Notes: generated by a model not told the origin, from the letters alone. A stretch of 64,000 nucleotides of DNA from an uncultured Planctomycetaceae bacterium (GCA_963813715.1 CAWFAK010000016.1:192001-256000), one strand, 5' to 3'; shown: positions 1 through 11,220, counted from the first letter of the stretch. Numbers and translations are program-made.

Positions 1-3000
1 TCCCGCGGGTCCGAGGCCAGGTTACCCTCGAACACGATGGCCGGATCGATGCGGAACTGCTTTTCCTCGGTCCGCTCTTGGATGATCCCCAAGAAGTGGT
101 CGCGGCGCTCGTCGGGGAGCCAGGCGATCTGGAACGGGTGATTGCCTTCGGTGAGGCCGTTGGAGTCGTTGTAAATGGCTTCGCCGGGGCGGGTGAGCAG
201 GCGGGCAGCGCCGTTCTCTTCGCTCAAGATCAGGTGCGCGTCGCTCTCGCTGCACTGCAGCGCGATCCGCACGCCGATCTGTCCCAGCGTGCTGCGGGCC
301 AGCGAATACGCGCCGCCCAGAGTTTGCGAGCCCAGTAATACGTGCATGCCGAACGCACGGCCCTGGCGGACGAGCCGGTCGAGCAAGAGGTTGGCCGCCT
401 GCGAAAGCTGATCATCCTCGACGAAGAATTCCTGGAACTCGTCGATGATCAGCAGGATTCGAGGCAGTTTCTTGTCTGGCTCGGCGTTGCGAAAACCCTT
501 GATATCCTGCACGCCGACTTTACGGAACAGTTCGCCGCGCTCCTTGAGGATGCCGTCGAGCCGCTCGAGCACGCTGATGCCGAACTCGCGATCGCTCTCG
601 ATGCCGATGATCCGCGCGTGGGGCATCGCGTGGCTGGCGTACGTTTTGAACTCGACGCCTTTCTTGAAGTCGACGAGATAGAACTGCATCTCGTCCGGCG
701 CGTAGTGCAGACCGATGTTCACGATCAGCGTGTGTAAGAGCGACGATTTGCCCGAGCCCGTCTTGCCGGCGATCATCACGTGCTGCGACGTGCCGCTCCC
801 CAGGTTGAGATGCTGCAGCTTGGTGGCGCCGGCGCGGCCGAGGGGGATGTCGACCCCGGCGCGGCTGTCCTGATGCCACAACTGGCCGTTCTTCGGGACG
901 ATCCGCTCGAAGGCCACTTCGACGCGCCGCGCGTCCTTCGACAGCATACCGGACTTTCTCACGATCTCGGCAAAGTCGTTCGCTCGTGGGGGCGTCTCCA
1001 TTCGCACCGGGAAGTGGGCCAACACGGGGTCGCGGAGCACGAAGCGGCCGCCCGCCCAGTCGAACGTGGTCGCGGTCGCCTCGAGGTCGGACTTCTCGAA
1101 GCCGTGCGGCATCGCCTGTCGGCTATCCATGCTGAGCAACGTGTAAACGCCGCACTTGGGCCCGCTGCGGGCGATGCTCAACAGCCGCTGGGCCGCGCCG
1201 TCGCTGAAGCCGGAAGGAAAATTGGCGACGACCAGAAAGCGGTAGGGCTCGGCGACTTCGCCGGCTTGCTCGTTGTATTCCTCGATCGTTTCGTACTCGT
1301 TGCGGAGATACGCTTGAAAGACGTTCTCCATGTGCTCGGAGAGCTCCGTCAGCTTTTCTTCGATGTCGTGCTTTTCGGTCCAGATCCGCTTGGTGATGAT
1401 GAGTTCGTCGTAGTCCGCCAGATGGCTGAAGACGGAAAGCGCCTGCCCGCGGTCGGCCCCGTCGATCATCGTGAAACGGATCTTGCCGCCGGGCAGCGAC
1501 GTCAACAGCCGCAGCATCACTGACTTGATTCCCTCGACGGCGACGTCCCGCCCTTCCCCCTGACATTCCCAGAGCATCGACGCGTGCCCGGGGAACGGCA
1601 GCACGAACGGGACCGCGATCCGCGCCGGATCCGGCTTGAGCGCGGGATCCTCCGACAGGCCGTCGGGAATCTTGGCGAAGTCGACCTCGTAGCTACCGAC
1701 GCGGATCGGCACGCGGACTTCCGTCGGCAGTTTCCAGTCGGCCTCGAGGAACTTGTTCCAGTGCGGCGAGGTCTGGTCGCATTCCTCGCGCCGCTCGGCG
1801 GCCATTTGGAAGAACTTGCTGGTCGCGCCCCGCCACTTTTCGGCCAGCGCTCCGCGGGCCTCCGCCTCGCGCGCCCGCCGCTGCGATGTCTGCTCGGACG
1901 TTTTGCGTCGGGCCGACTCCTGAGTCATTCGGCGTCCGCCGGTCACCTCGCCTTTTTTCTTGCCGAAATCGTCGTCGAGCGCGCCGAGTGCTGCTTCGCG
2001 GCGGCGCTCCACGTCGGCGAGCAGGGCCGGAAACTTCTGTTCGGCTTCGGCCAGGCGAAAGGCTTTTCTGGACTCGGCATCTTCCAGACGTTGCGCCGAT
2101 TTGCTTTCGAGATTGGTCAGCGCACGCTCGCGTTGGGCGGCGACCTCGGCCTGCCGCCGCTCGTATTGCTTCTTGCGCTCCTGCAACTCGGCCTTGGCGA
2201 ACTCGCCCCAGCGACGGTGGGCCGCTTTCAGGTCGGCGGAGGCCTGCTCCAACTGCTCGAAGACAGGGCCGCTCTTCGAGCGGGACATACCGAAGAGGAT
2301 CGAAAGCACGATCAGCACGACCACGGCGGACACCCCGGCGGCCGCAATCTGCCACGTGGTCTGGTTGTTGAGCGCGTCGATCTTGAACATGGTGCGATCG
2401 ACGAAGAGCAGCATCGGCGCAAAGATCGCCAGCCAGACGAAGAGAAAGAGCAGCATCGGCCACCAGCCGCTGAAGAGGCGGGGCAGCGTTTGGCGGCGGA
2501 GGGTCGCCTGGGCGGTCTGGATGGCCGTGGACGCCGCTTGAAACTGGTCCTCGGCCTCCTGGAGATCCTCGGGCTTGCCGACCGCTTCGATTTCTCCCTC
2601 GCCCTGCCACTGGCGACGGTCCTGCATCAGCTCGGTCGTTGCCTTGACGGCCTCGTCCATCTCCCGGCGTTGCTGCGTCAGGCGGTCTTTGGTGCCAGTC
2701 AAGCGTTTCTTGAACGTCTCGTACTGGTATCGCGGGCTATCGTGAGCGTTGTCGTCGAGGACCGAAGTCACCATCCAGCTGGCGTCGGCCTTTTCCTTGT
2801 CGGCGGCCTCTTGCTCGTTGCCGCATTCCAACTCGATCTCGCGCAGCTCGGCCTGCTGCTGCGTGCGGATGGCGTTTTCTTCCTGCTCGAACTGCAGCAC
2901 GAGGGCGGCGCGCGACTGCTCCCACTTTTGTTGCGCTTCCTCCAGCTGCTGGTCGAACTGTGAGCCGATCTTTTTGAGGTGCTTTTGCAGCTCGTATTCG

Positions 3001-3125
3001 GGATCGTCGAAGCTGCTGGTGAACTCGGCCGTGACTTCTTGTTCGGCCGCGGCGCGCTCCTTTGCTGACGCCAGCAGAGCTTCCAACTCGCTTTTCATCG
3101 GAGCGGCAGCGGCCAGTTCCGCCAT
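1..3125 (-). CDS. FtsK/SpoIIIE-family membrane ATPase, EssC/EccC-like (3' end beyond window)
   Basis: Manual translation from ATG 3125 (alt. 3098); the start is in frame with the Walker A codons. It is missing from the ORF track because no stop lies in the window. N-terminal coiled coil, two TM helices, a degenerate ATPase-like domain, then Walker A GKTGSGKS (767-744), YLVDFKKGVEF, Walker B LLIIDEFQE and RQGRAFGMHVLLGSQ. Confidence 0.9.
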   Translation of the reverse strand, partial: MAELAAAAPMKSELEALLASAKERAAAEQEVTAEFTSSFDDPEYELQKHLKKIGSQFDQQLEEAQQKWEQSRAALVLQFEQEENAIRTQQQAELREIELECGNEQEAADKEKADASWMVTSVLDDNAHDSPRYQYETFKKRLTGTKDRLTQQRREMDEAVKATTELMQDRRQWQGEGEIEAVGKPEDLQEAEDQFQAASTAIQTAQATLRRQTLPRLFSGWWPMLLFLFVWLAIFAPMLLFVDRTMFKIDALNNQTTWQIAAAGVSAVVVLIVLSILFGMSRSKSGPVFEQLEQASADLKAAHRRWGEFAKAELQERKKQYERRQAEVAAQRERALTNLESKSAQRLEDAESRKAFRLAEAEQKFPALLADVERRREAALGALDDDFGKKKGEVTGGRRMTQESARRKTSEQTSQRRAREAEARGALAEKWRGATSKFFQMAAERREECDQTSPHWNKFLEADWKLPTEVRVPIRVGSYEVDFAKIPDGLSEDPALKPDPARIAVPFVLPFPGHASMLWECQGEGRDVAVEGIKSVMLRLLTSLPGGKIRFTMIDGADRGQALSVFSHLADYDELIITKRIWTEKHDIEEKLTELSEHMENVFQAYLRNEYETIEEYNEQAGEVAEPYRFLVVANFPSGFSDGAAQRLLSIARSGPKCGVYTLLSMDSRQAMPHGFEKSDLEATATTFDWAGGRFVLRDPVLAHFPVRMETPPRANDFAEIVRKSGMLSKDARRVEVAFERIVPKNGQLWHQDSRAGVDIPLGRAGATKLQHLNLGSGTSQHVMIAGKTGSGKSSLLHTLIVNIGLHYAPDEMQFYLVDFKKGVEFKTYASHAMPHARIIGIESDREFGISVLERLDGILKERGELFRKVGVQDIKGFRNAEPDKKLPRILLIIDEFQEFFVEDDQLSQAANLLLDRLVRQGRAFGMHVLLGSQTLGGAYSLARSTLGQIGVRIALQCSESDAHLILSEENGAARLLTRPGEAIYNDSNGLTEGNHPFQIAWLPDERRDHFLGIIQERTEEKQFRIDPAIVFEGNLASDPR

Positions 3126-3167
3126 CGAATTGTCACTTTCGGATCGAATGCGGGAGGAGGAGAGGAA

Positions 3168-3407
3168 TTATCGAGCGCCTTCGGGGGGGCCGCAGCCGCG
3201 GCGGGCCTGTCCCATCGTTTCGCTCAAGGGGACGGTGGCCTCGATGACCTCATTGAGCTGCTGAATGATCGGCGCGATATGCGCTTCTTCGAGGTTGCGG
3301 CTGGTTTCATCGTCCCAGTTCTGCTTCGCCTCGCGCCAAGAGCGCTCGAGGTAGTCGATTGCCCCGTGCAGCTTTGCCAACGCACCGGAGAATTGTCCGA
3401 CCGTCAT
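3168..3407 (-). CDS. small helical-hairpin protein, WXG100-like (W-D-D)
   Basis: 79 aa, helix-NWDDETS-helix; ATGA overlap with the upstream gene; lies directly before the FtsK gene. Confidence 0.75.
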   Translation of the reverse strand: MTVGQFSGALAKLHGAIDYLERSWREAKQNWDDETSRNLEEAHIAPIIQQLNEVIEATVPLSETMGQARRGCGPPEGAR

Positions 3408-4099
3408 GAGTCCGCCCTCGCGGCGGGTTCGGGAGTGGCCGTCTCGAGCGGCTGGCCCTCAGACGCTTCGCCGCCGGCGTTTTCGGCCGCTGCGGCCTCC
3501 GCGCTGGGCGCTTCGGCCGCCGTGGCCTCGTCGGTTTTGGCAGTCGGAGGAGCAGCGTCCAGCTCGCGCGGGGCGTCGAGATTGATTTCGACGTTGGCGT
3601 TGAGATCAGACGCGGCGCCCCGCTGGAGCTGCGCGTAGTCCTCCAGGGCGGCGATCATGCGGTCGAGCATCATCTTGATTCGCGGCAGCCCCTTGCCGAC
3701 CATCTGTTCGACGCGGCCGACGCGTGCCGTGTATTCATCGGCCGCATGATGTGCCTTGATGCTCCATTGCCGGCAGGCCTGGACCTTCTGTTGGGCCAGC
3801 TCGAGGTTCTGCTTGGCCTTGGCGAGGGCTTTCTTCTCGTCGATGCACTCGGAGCGGTGGCCGGCGACCGTGATCATCGACTTCCGCGTCAGCTGCGTGC
3901 GCGCCTCGGCCACACGATCGAAGCCCGTCCGCACCTGGTTCTGCCAGTACTGCGGACAGTCGTGATCGATCCACTGCAGAGTGCGGTTGATCTCGACGCG
4001 GAGGGTGGTGAGCGCGGCCGCGAGGTCCTCCTCGAACTGCGACACCTTCGGCCGAAACCGCTGCACGGAATCGAGCGAACGGACGTTAGCGCGGGGCAT
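3404..4099 (-). CDS. coiled-coil/helical-bundle protein of the WXG100-FtsK operon
   Basis: 231 aa: about 160 aa amphipathic helical region plus Ala/Glu-rich tail; SD GAGGA before ATG. Confidence 0.8.
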   Translation of the reverse strand: MPRANVRSLDSVQRFRPKVSQFEEDLAAALTTLRVEINRTLQWIDHDCPQYWQNQVRTGFDRVAEARTQLTRKSMITVAGHRSECIDEKKALAKAKQNLELAQQKVQACRQWSIKAHHAADEYTARVGRVEQMVGKGLPRIKMMLDRMIAALEDYAQLQRGAASDLNANVEINLDAPRELDAAPPTAKTDEATAAEAPSAEAAAAENAGGEASEGQPLETATPEPAARADS

Positions 4100-4122
4100 A
4101 ACGGTTCCTCAAGGCCCATCTC

Positions 4123-4144
4123 GAGCGGAGGGTGCAACCCCCCG
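4123..4144. repeat. REP-like palindrome (GAGCGG(A/G)GGG..CCCCCCG family)
   Basis: Related copies at 13657-13677 and 57769-57791 (reverse orientation). Confidence 0.55.
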
Positions 4145-4229
4145 AGATTTTCTTGCTCTGCTTTTTGACTTCGACAGATCTGCTTTTCCGCCGGATCAGT
4201 GAATTAAGGCGCCCAGGCTCGGTTGTGGC

Positions 4230-4502
4230 TTAGCGCTGCTGCATGTATTCCTCGATCCGCTCGGCCTTGCGGAGCAGATACGGAATATGCTGATTGTTGG
4301 CCTCGATGAAGCGGGCGATCATCTTCATGTGACCTTCGAACTCGGTGCGGAACTTGATTTGTTCCTGGTCGCGCCACGAGTTCGTCAGGTCGTTCAGCTG
4401 GTTGGCCATCGCGCTCATCCGTTCCCCCAGCTCGTTGTTGAACTTCTTCAACATCTGGGCAAACCGGCGGAGTTCGGCGGGATCGACAATGGCTTGTGGC
4501 AT
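4230..4502 (-). CDS. WXG100-family (EsxA-like) type VII secretion target
   Basis: 90 aa; N-terminal 'IVDPAELRRFA', central SWRDQEQ (W-x-D variant), two long helices; SD AAGGA. Confidence 0.88.
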   Translation of the reverse strand: MPQAIVDPAELRRFAQMLKKFNNELGERMSAMANQLNDLTNSWRDQEQIKFRTEFEGHMKMIARFIEANNQHIPYLLRKAERIEEYMQQR

Positions 4503-4877
4503 GTTCGTTCCTTATCAACAGAAGACGGCCCGGCTCCCTCGGCGCGAATGAGATGCGTTGGATGTGTCTGGCGAGAGACGGTCTCCGGTCGGGCAGGCGG
4601 AACCTGCTTCGTTCGTGTGAGCCCGCTCAACTCAACTTTACCGCTCACCAAGGGTTGCTTCAAGACGCCTCTCACGATCCGATTGGGGCCAAATCGCATC
4701 GCGAATGGCACCTGCCCGGGCAAAATTTGCCCAAAACGAAGCTCCAAAAAGGGGCTGTTGCCCCCTCCGACCGCAAGTTACGATGGGCCTGGGGCAGTCT
4801 TTGGGCGATGCCTCGGTCGAGCCGTCTCCGCGGGCCCGCGGTTCACGCTTACCGCCGTCTACGAAAGACCTGCGCAG

Positions 4878-5633
4878 ATGCCTCGAACGGCCGCCACGGC
4901 CTATAGTGCCGACCTGGCGTACATCCACGATGCCGGCTTTGGACACGTGGCCGCCAACGCGGCGGTCGAACTGCTCAAACGCTTGCGAAAGAGCCGGAAA
5001 CGCGACTCCCCCGGGCTGGTGATCGATGCCGGCTGTGGCAGCGGGATTCTCTCCCAGGCAGTTTCGGCGGCCGGATACCACGTGCTTGGCTTCGATTACT
5101 CCGAGTCGATGCTGGCACTCGCCCGCAAACGTGCGCCGCGGGCCGTGTTTCGCCGCGAATCGTTTGTGACGGCCGAGCTGCCGCCCTGCATCGCGATTAC
5201 GGCAATCGGCGAAGTCTTCAACTATTTGTTCGATCGGCGAAACCGGGGCAACCTGCTCCCTCGCGTGCTGCGAAAAATGTATCAGGCCCTTGAGCCCGGC
5301 GGCCTGTTGCTGTTCGATGTGGCCACTCCCGGTCGCGTTCCCGGCTCGACGCCGACGCGAGGCTTCTCCGAGGGGCCCGGTTGGACGGTGCTGTATACGG
5401 CGGAGGAGGACCGCCGCCGACTGACGCTCACCCGCACGATCACCAGCTTTTGGAAAGTGGGCGACTTCTATCGCCGTAACCGCGAAGTTCATCGGTTGCG
5501 CCTGTATCCGCGCAGCAGCGTTCTGCAGGAGCTGCGGAGCGCCGGCTTTCAGGTCCGCCCTCTCAACGGCTACAGCCGTTTCCGCTTTCCGCCCGGATGG
5601 GTGGCTTTCGCGGCGACCAAACCGCGCCGCTGA
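4878..5633 (+). CDS. class I SAM-dependent methyltransferase
   Basis: VIDAGCGSG motif I; probable start ATG 4878 rather than the ORF-track start at 4287. Confidence 0.85.
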   Translation: MPRTAATAYSADLAYIHDAGFGHVAANAAVELLKRLRKSRKRDSPGLVIDAGCGSGILSQAVSAAGYHVLGFDYSESMLALARKRAPRAVFRRESFVTAELPPCIAITAIGEVFNYLFDRRNRGNLLPRVLRKMYQALEPGGLLLFDVATPGRVPGSTPTRGFSEGPGWTVLYTAEEDRRRLTLTRTITSFWKVGDFYRRNREVHRLRLYPRSSVLQELRSAGFQVRPLNGYSRFRFPPGWVAFAATKPRR

Positions 5634-5706
5634 ACGGGACGATTCGCGTCAAAAAACGCAAGAATCGAGGCCTTGGAAACGGCCTCCGCGGTCCCTTTCC
5701 GGTGCG

Positions 5707-5735
5707 TTGAGGATGGGCCCCCGACTCCCTATAAT
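5707..5735 (+). promoter_or_regulatory. sigma70-type promoter of gyrA
   Basis: TTGAGG-N17-TATAAT. Confidence 0.6.
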
Positions 5736-5900
5736 TCGTCCTGGCACGGACGTCGAGATTTAGGCCTCTTTGAGCCTTTGGAAACGGGGATTCCACGCGG
5801 CCGCCGGCCGTCCGATCGCAGGGTAGCTGAAGCGGAACAAGGGTCGGCAAAATCGCTTATTCCGGGCTGGCCCGGTGCTGAGCCAACGTAACTTCTGGGA

Positions 5901-8684
5901 GTGACAGTCTTGGCCGATGACGGCGACGGCGATATCGACGAGGGGCTGACGCCCGAGGAAATCCCCACCGGCGCGGGCGATGTCTCTTCCGAGCGGATCA
6001 AGCCGCTCGACATCGAAGACGAGCTGCGCTCGAGCTATCTCAGCTACGCGATGAGCGTGATTATCAGCCGCGCTCTGCCCGACGCCCGTGACGGGCTCAA
6101 GCCCTCGCAGCGCCGCATTCTCGTCGCAATGAACGACCTGAATCTGGGCCCCGCCAGCCAGCGCGTGAAGTGCGCGAAAATCTCGGGAGACACCAGCGGT
6201 AACTACCATCCGCACGGCGAATCGGTGATCTACCCGACGCTCGTCCGCCTGGCCCAGTCGTGGATCATGCGGAACGTGCTGATCGACAAGCAGGGCAACT
6301 TCGGGTCGCTGGCCGGCCTGCCTCCCGCGGCCATGCGGTACACGGAAGCCCGCCTGTCCGCCGTGGCGTCCGAAATGCTCGACGACATCGACAGCGACAC
6401 GGTCGACTATGTCGATTCGTACGACCAGCGCAATCGCGAGCCGGTCGTGCTGCCGTCGCGGTTTCCCAACCTGCTGGTCAACGGCTCGAGCGGGATCGCG
6501 GTCGGCATGGCGACCAGCATCCCGCCGCACAATTTGAACGAAGTCGCCGACGCCGTGATTAAGGTAATCGACGACCCCGAGTGCACGATTGACGACCTGC
6601 TGGAAGTCATGCCCGGTCCCGACTTCCCCACCGGCGGCATCATTTGCGGCCGCGAAGGGATCCGGCAGGGCTATCTGACCGGCCGTTCGACGATCACGCT
6701 CCGCGCGGCCACGCATTTCGAGACCGAGAAAAATTCCGACGTGATCGTGGTCACCGAGATTCCGTATCTGGAAACGCGTGACCGACTGAAGGAAAAGCTC
6801 GAAGACCTGGTGCGGGACGACCGCATCAAGGGCATTTCCCGGATCGTCGACTTCACCGACCGCAAGACGCCCGAGTGGCAGGTGCGGTTGCACATTGTGC
6901 TCAAGCGCGATGCCGACCGCGACGTGATCCTCAACCAGCTCTTCCAGTACTCGACGCTGCAAGTCACGTTCAGCGTGATCCTGCTGGCGCTGGTGGCGAA
7001 CCGCCCGCAAACGATGTCAGTGAAGGCAATCCTGGAGGAATTCCTGCGGCACCGCGTGACGGTGATCCGCCGCCGAACGGAATTCCTGCTGGCGGAAGCT
7101 CGCAAGCGCAAGCACACGGTGGAAGGCCTGCTCATCGCCCAGAGCGAGATCGATAAGGTCATCGCCACCATTCGCTCGGCCGCGAGCCGCGCCGCTGCAA
7201 AAGACGCGCTGCAGGCGATCGACGTGCCGGCGGAGCTGGTCGCCCGCGCCCTGGGCGACATCGGCTTTAAAGACTTTCAGAGCGAAAAAGGGGTCGCGGA
7301 GATTTATCACCTCTCCGCGAATCAGTCGGAAGCCATCGTTTCGATGCAGCTGGGTTCGTTGGCCAACCTCGAGCGAGAAACGCTGCGCGGCGAGCACGCC
7401 AAGCTGCTCGAAAGCATCATCGAGTATTTGCGGCTCCTCTCCGACGAAGCCCATATCCGGGCTCTCGTGCGGCAAGAGATGCTCGAAATCAAGGAGAAGT
7501 ACGGCAACAAACGCCGCACGCAAATCTCCGAAGAAGAAACGACCGAGCTCAATCGCGACGACCTTGTGGCCGAGGAACCGATGGTCGTCACGCTGTCGCA
7601 ACGGGGTTACGTCAAGCGGACGCCGCTGAGCACGTACCAGGCCCAGCATCGGGGCGGCAAGGGCATCACGGGCGTCAAGAGCGATGAAGAGGACGACGTC
7701 AAGCACCTGTTCGTCGCCAGCACGCACGCGTATCTGCTCTTCTTTACCGATCGCGGCCGCGTGCACTGGCAGAAGGTCTACGACCTGCCTTTGCAAAGCC
7801 GGACGAGTCGCGGCCGGGCTATCGTCAACCTGCTGGCGCTGAAGGACGGCGAGGAACGGGTGACGAGTTGCCTGGCGGTCCGCGAATTCACCGACGACCG
7901 CTTCCTGATCATGGCCACCCGCAACGGCACGGTGAAAAAGACGGCCCTCTCCGCCTTCAGCCGCCCGATGAAGGGGGGCATCATCGCGATCAAGCTCGAC
8001 GAGGGGGACGAACTGATCGACGTGCTCAGCGTCTCGGGCGACGACGACGTCGTGCTCGCCACGCGCAACGGCATGTCGATCCGCTTCTCGCACCACGACG
8101 CTCGCCCGATGGGCCGGGCGACGCACGGTGTACGCGGCATCAGCCTGGGCGATCAAGACGCGGTCGCCGGCATGGTCGTTGCTGACTCCATGATGACGCT
8201 GCTTACCGTTTGCGAATTGGGCTACGGCAAACGAACGCCGTTCGGCCAGGCCGCGACTGAAGGGGAGGCAGGTGAACCGGGCGCAGCTGAAGGCGACGAG
8301 GTTGCACTCGACGCCGAAGCCGCGGCTGAGCCCGAAGACGAAACATCCGAAGCGCCGACGGGCGAGACCGAGCCGGCCGAGGGCGAGGAAGGTGAAGAAG
8401 CGGCCGCTTACTCAGGCAACCAGCGTTATCGCCGGCAGCGGCGCGGCGGCAAAGGCCTGCGCGACATTCGCACGACCGACCGCAACGGGAAAGTCGTCGA
8501 CATCGTGGCGGTGGCCGATGATGATGAAGTCATCATGATCACGGCCCGCGGCAAAATTCAGCGGGTCCGCGCCGCCGACATCAGCCAGATCGGCCGCAAC
8601 ACGCAGGGCGTGCGGATCATCCGCCTCGACGACGCGGACACGCTCGTTTCGCTGGCACGGATTCCAGCCAAGATCTCCGAATAA
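5901..8684 (+). CDS. gyrA: DNA gyrase subunit A
   Basis: [26 protein letters not shown] catalytic Tyr, GyrA-box QHRGGKG, C-terminal pinwheel repeats. Start may be TTG 5910. Confidence 0.97.
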   Translation: MTVLADDGDGDIDEGLTPEEIPTGAGDVSSERIKPLDIEDELRSSYLSYAMSVIISRALPDARDGLKPSQRRILVAMNDLNLGPASQRVKCAKISGDTSGNYHPHGESVIYPTLVRLAQSWIMRNVLIDKQGNFGSLAGLPPAAMRYTEARLSAVASEMLDDIDSDTVDYVDSYDQRNREPVVLPSRFPNLLVNGSSGIAVGMATSIPPHNLNEVADAVIKVIDDPECTIDDLLEVMPGPDFPTGGIICGREGIRQGYLTGRSTITLRAATHFETEKNSDVIVVTEIPYLETRDRLKEKLEDLVRDDRIKGISRIVDFTDRKTPEWQVRLHIVLKRDADRDVILNQLFQYSTLQVTFSVILLALVANRPQTMSVKAILEEFLRHRVTVIRRRTEFLLAEARKRKHTVEGLLIAQSEIDKVIATIRSAASRAAAKDALQAIDVPAELVARALGDIGFKDFQSEKGVAEIYHLSANQSEAIVSMQLGSLANLERETLRGEHAKLLESIIEYLRLLSDEAHIRALVRQEMLEIKEKYGNKRRTQISEEETTELNRDDLVAEEPMVVTLSQRGYVKRTPLSTYQAQHRGGKGITGVKSDEEDDVKHLFVASTHAYLLFFTDRGRVHWQKVYDLPLQSRTSRGRAIVNLLALKDGEERVTSCLAVREFTDDRFLIMATRNGTVKKTALSAFSRPMKGGIIAIKLDEGDELIDVLSVSGDDDVVLATRNGMSIRFSHHDARPMGRATHGVRGISLGDQDAVAGMVVADSMMTLLTVCELGYGKRTPFGQAATEGEAGEPGAAEGDEVALDAEAAAEPEDETSEAPTGETEPAEGEEGEEAAAYSGNQRYRRQRRGGKGLRDIRTTDRNGKVVDIVAVADDDEVIMITARGKIQRVRAADISQIGRNTQGVRIIRLDDADTLVSLARIPAKISE

Positions 8685-8842
8685 TCTCTCTATCCCGGAT
8701 AGACGCCGGGCTCCCTGTCCCGATAGATTCGAGAGATTGTTCGTGGGCAACTTTTGGGCCCGCGTCGCGGCAATTCCGGGCTATCCGCGCCTGTTCCACT
8801 CAGCCTCCATGCGGCTGGCCCGCAGAAAGAGATCCCGCCTTC

Positions 8843-9861
8843 ATGGCTTCCCGTTTGATTATCACCGGCGGCTGCGGGTTCATCGGCTCGAACTTCATCC
8901 GCGACCAGTTGGCCCGGTATCCCGAGCAGTCGGTGGTCAACATCGACAAGCTGACGTACGCCGGGAATCCCGAGAACCTGTCCGACGTCGAGCGCGACCC
9001 GCGGTACAAGTTCGAGCGGGGCGACATCTGCGATGCGAAATTCGTCAACTCGGTGATTGGCTCGGGGCCCGTCGACGCGGTGGTGAATTTCGCCGCCGAG
9101 AGCCACGTCGATCGCAGCATTCTCGACTCGGGCCCGTTCATTCAGACGAACGTCATCGGCACCCAGATTTTGCTCGACGCGTGCCGCAAGGCGAACGTCA
9201 AACGCTACGTGCAGGTTTCCACCGACGAAGTTTACGGCAGCCTGGGGCCGACGGGCCTCTTCACCGAAGAGACGCCGATCGCGCCCAACAGTCCGTACTC
9301 GGCCTCCAAAGCTTCCGCCGACCTGCTGGTCCGCGCCTACTGGCACACGTTTCATTTTCCGGCGGTCACCACCCGCTGCTCGAACAATTACGGGCCGTAC
9401 CAATTTCCGGAAAAGATCATTCCGCTGTTCATCGCCAACCTGTGCGAGAACAAGTCGGTTCCCGTCTATGGCAAGGGCGAGAACGTCCGCGATTGGATTC
9501 ACGTGCTCGATCATTGTCGGGGGATCGACGCGGCCCTGCGGAAGGGCGCGACGGCGAGATCTATAACTTTGGCGGCCATCAGGAAATCAAGAACATCGAT
9601 CTCACGCTCACGCTGCTGGAGCTTTTGGGGAAGCCCCAGTCGCTGATCGAATACGTGAAGGATCGGCCTGGGCACGATCTGCGTTACGCCATCGATTGCA
9701 GCAAGGCGGAGCGCGAGCTCGGCTGGAAGCCGCAGGTCGATTTTCGCAACGGCATTCGCGAGACGATCGACTGGTATCTCAGTCATGCGGAATGGGTTCG
9801 CCGTGTGCGCTCCGGCGACTATCTCAAGTATTATGAAGAGCAGTACGGCAATCGGCGGTAA
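8843..9861 (+). CDS. rfbB: dTDP-glucose 4,6-dehydratase (one indel near 9550)
   Basis: [33 protein letters not shown]; the C-terminus ([10 protein letters not shown]) continues in another frame. Confidence 0.92.
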
Positions 9862-9914
9862 CACACGCTGTATCGCCTGACTGTCTTCGCGGGCCAAAAT
9901 TTGGAGCGTCGACC

Positions 9915-11220
9915 TTGAAGATCGCCATGATCGGGACCGGCTACGTCGGGCTGGTCACCGGAACCTGTTTCGCCGAGACCGGCAACGACGTCATTTGCGT
10001 CGATATCGATGCCAAGAAGATCGAAACGCTCCGCCAGGGGCAGATTCCCATCTATGAACCCGGCCTGACGGAACTGGTGCTGCGCAACGCCCGCTCGGGC
10101 CGCCTCAAGTTCACCACCGATTACAAGGAAGCCGTTCCCGCGGCGCACTGCGTGTTTATCGCTGTCGGCACGCCTCAGGGAGACGACGGGTCGGCCAACC
10201 TGACCGGTCTGTGGAAGGTCGTCGAAACGCTGGCTCCCCTCTTGGAAAAGTCGGCGATCGTGGTCATCAAGAGCACGGTGCCCGTCGGGACCAACCGGGC
10301 CGTGGCCGAGCGATTGAAGCAACTTTGCGGTCGCGACGTCGACGTGGCGTCGAACCCCGAGTTTTTGAAAGAGGGAGCGGCGATCGACGACTTCACGAAG
10401 CCCGATCGCGTGGTCGTCGGCATCGACCGCCCGCAAGCCGCCGAAGTTCTGCATGAGCTGCACAAGCCGTTTCTGCGCACCGAGCATCCGTTCCTGGTGA
10501 TGGGATTGGAAAGCGCCGAGATGACGAAGTACGTCGCCAATTGCATGCTGGCGACGAAGATCAGCTTCATCAACGAAATGGCCAACCTCTGCGACCGCGT
10601 CGGGGCCGACATCAACGAAGTCCGCCGCGGCATCGGCCACGATCAGCGGATCGGCTTTTCGTTCTTGTTCCCGGGCGTCGGATACGGCGGCTCGTGTTTC
10701 CCCAAAGACGTGCGAGCCCTGATTTCCGTCGCCCAGGCGAAATCGGTCGGCGCCGAGCATTCTGCAGGCTGTCGACCACGTGAATACGGCGCAGAAAGAC
10801 GTCCTGTTCCAAAAGATCAATCGCCACTTCGAGGGGCAACTCGCGGGTAAGCGGATCGCCATCTGGGGCCTCTCCTTCAAGCCGCGGACCGACGACATCC
10901 GCGAGGCCCCGTCACTCGTGCTGATCGATCGACTGCTCACGGCCAAAGCCACTGTCCTGGCCCACGATCCGGTCGCCCAGGAGAACGTGCAGGCGATTTA
11001 CGGCGACAAGATCACCTATTGCGCGCATCACTACGACACGCTCGACGGAGCCGACGCGCTGGCCATCGTCACCGAATGGAACGAATTCCGGAACCCGGAC
11101 TTCGCCTACCTCAAGCACAAGATGAAGCAGCCGGTGATTTTCGACGGCCGCAATCTGTACGAGCCCAAACGCATGCGTGAGCTGGGCTTCACGTACTCGG
11201 GCATCGGGCTTCATTCTTAG
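9915..11220 (+). CDS. ugd: UDP-glucose/GDP-mannose dehydrogenase (one indel near 10755)
   Basis: [24 protein letters not shown]; the C-terminal domain ([15 protein letters not shown]) is in ORF 10780..11220. Confidence 0.9.

Noticed and set aside
342..2963. Plus-strand ORFs (342..737, 780..1523, 1584..2963)
   Set aside because: Antisense shadows of the FtsK-like gene, which has clear motifs on the minus strand.
4287..4877. N-terminal extension of the methyltransferase ORF
   Set aside because: It overlaps the WXG100 gene antisense and its promoter region; the recognisable domain starts at ATG 4878.
9540..10770. Programmed frameshifting or phase variation in rfbB and ugd
   Set aside because: No slippery heptamer or homopolymer tract at the shift sites; the same indel pattern occurs throughout the window.
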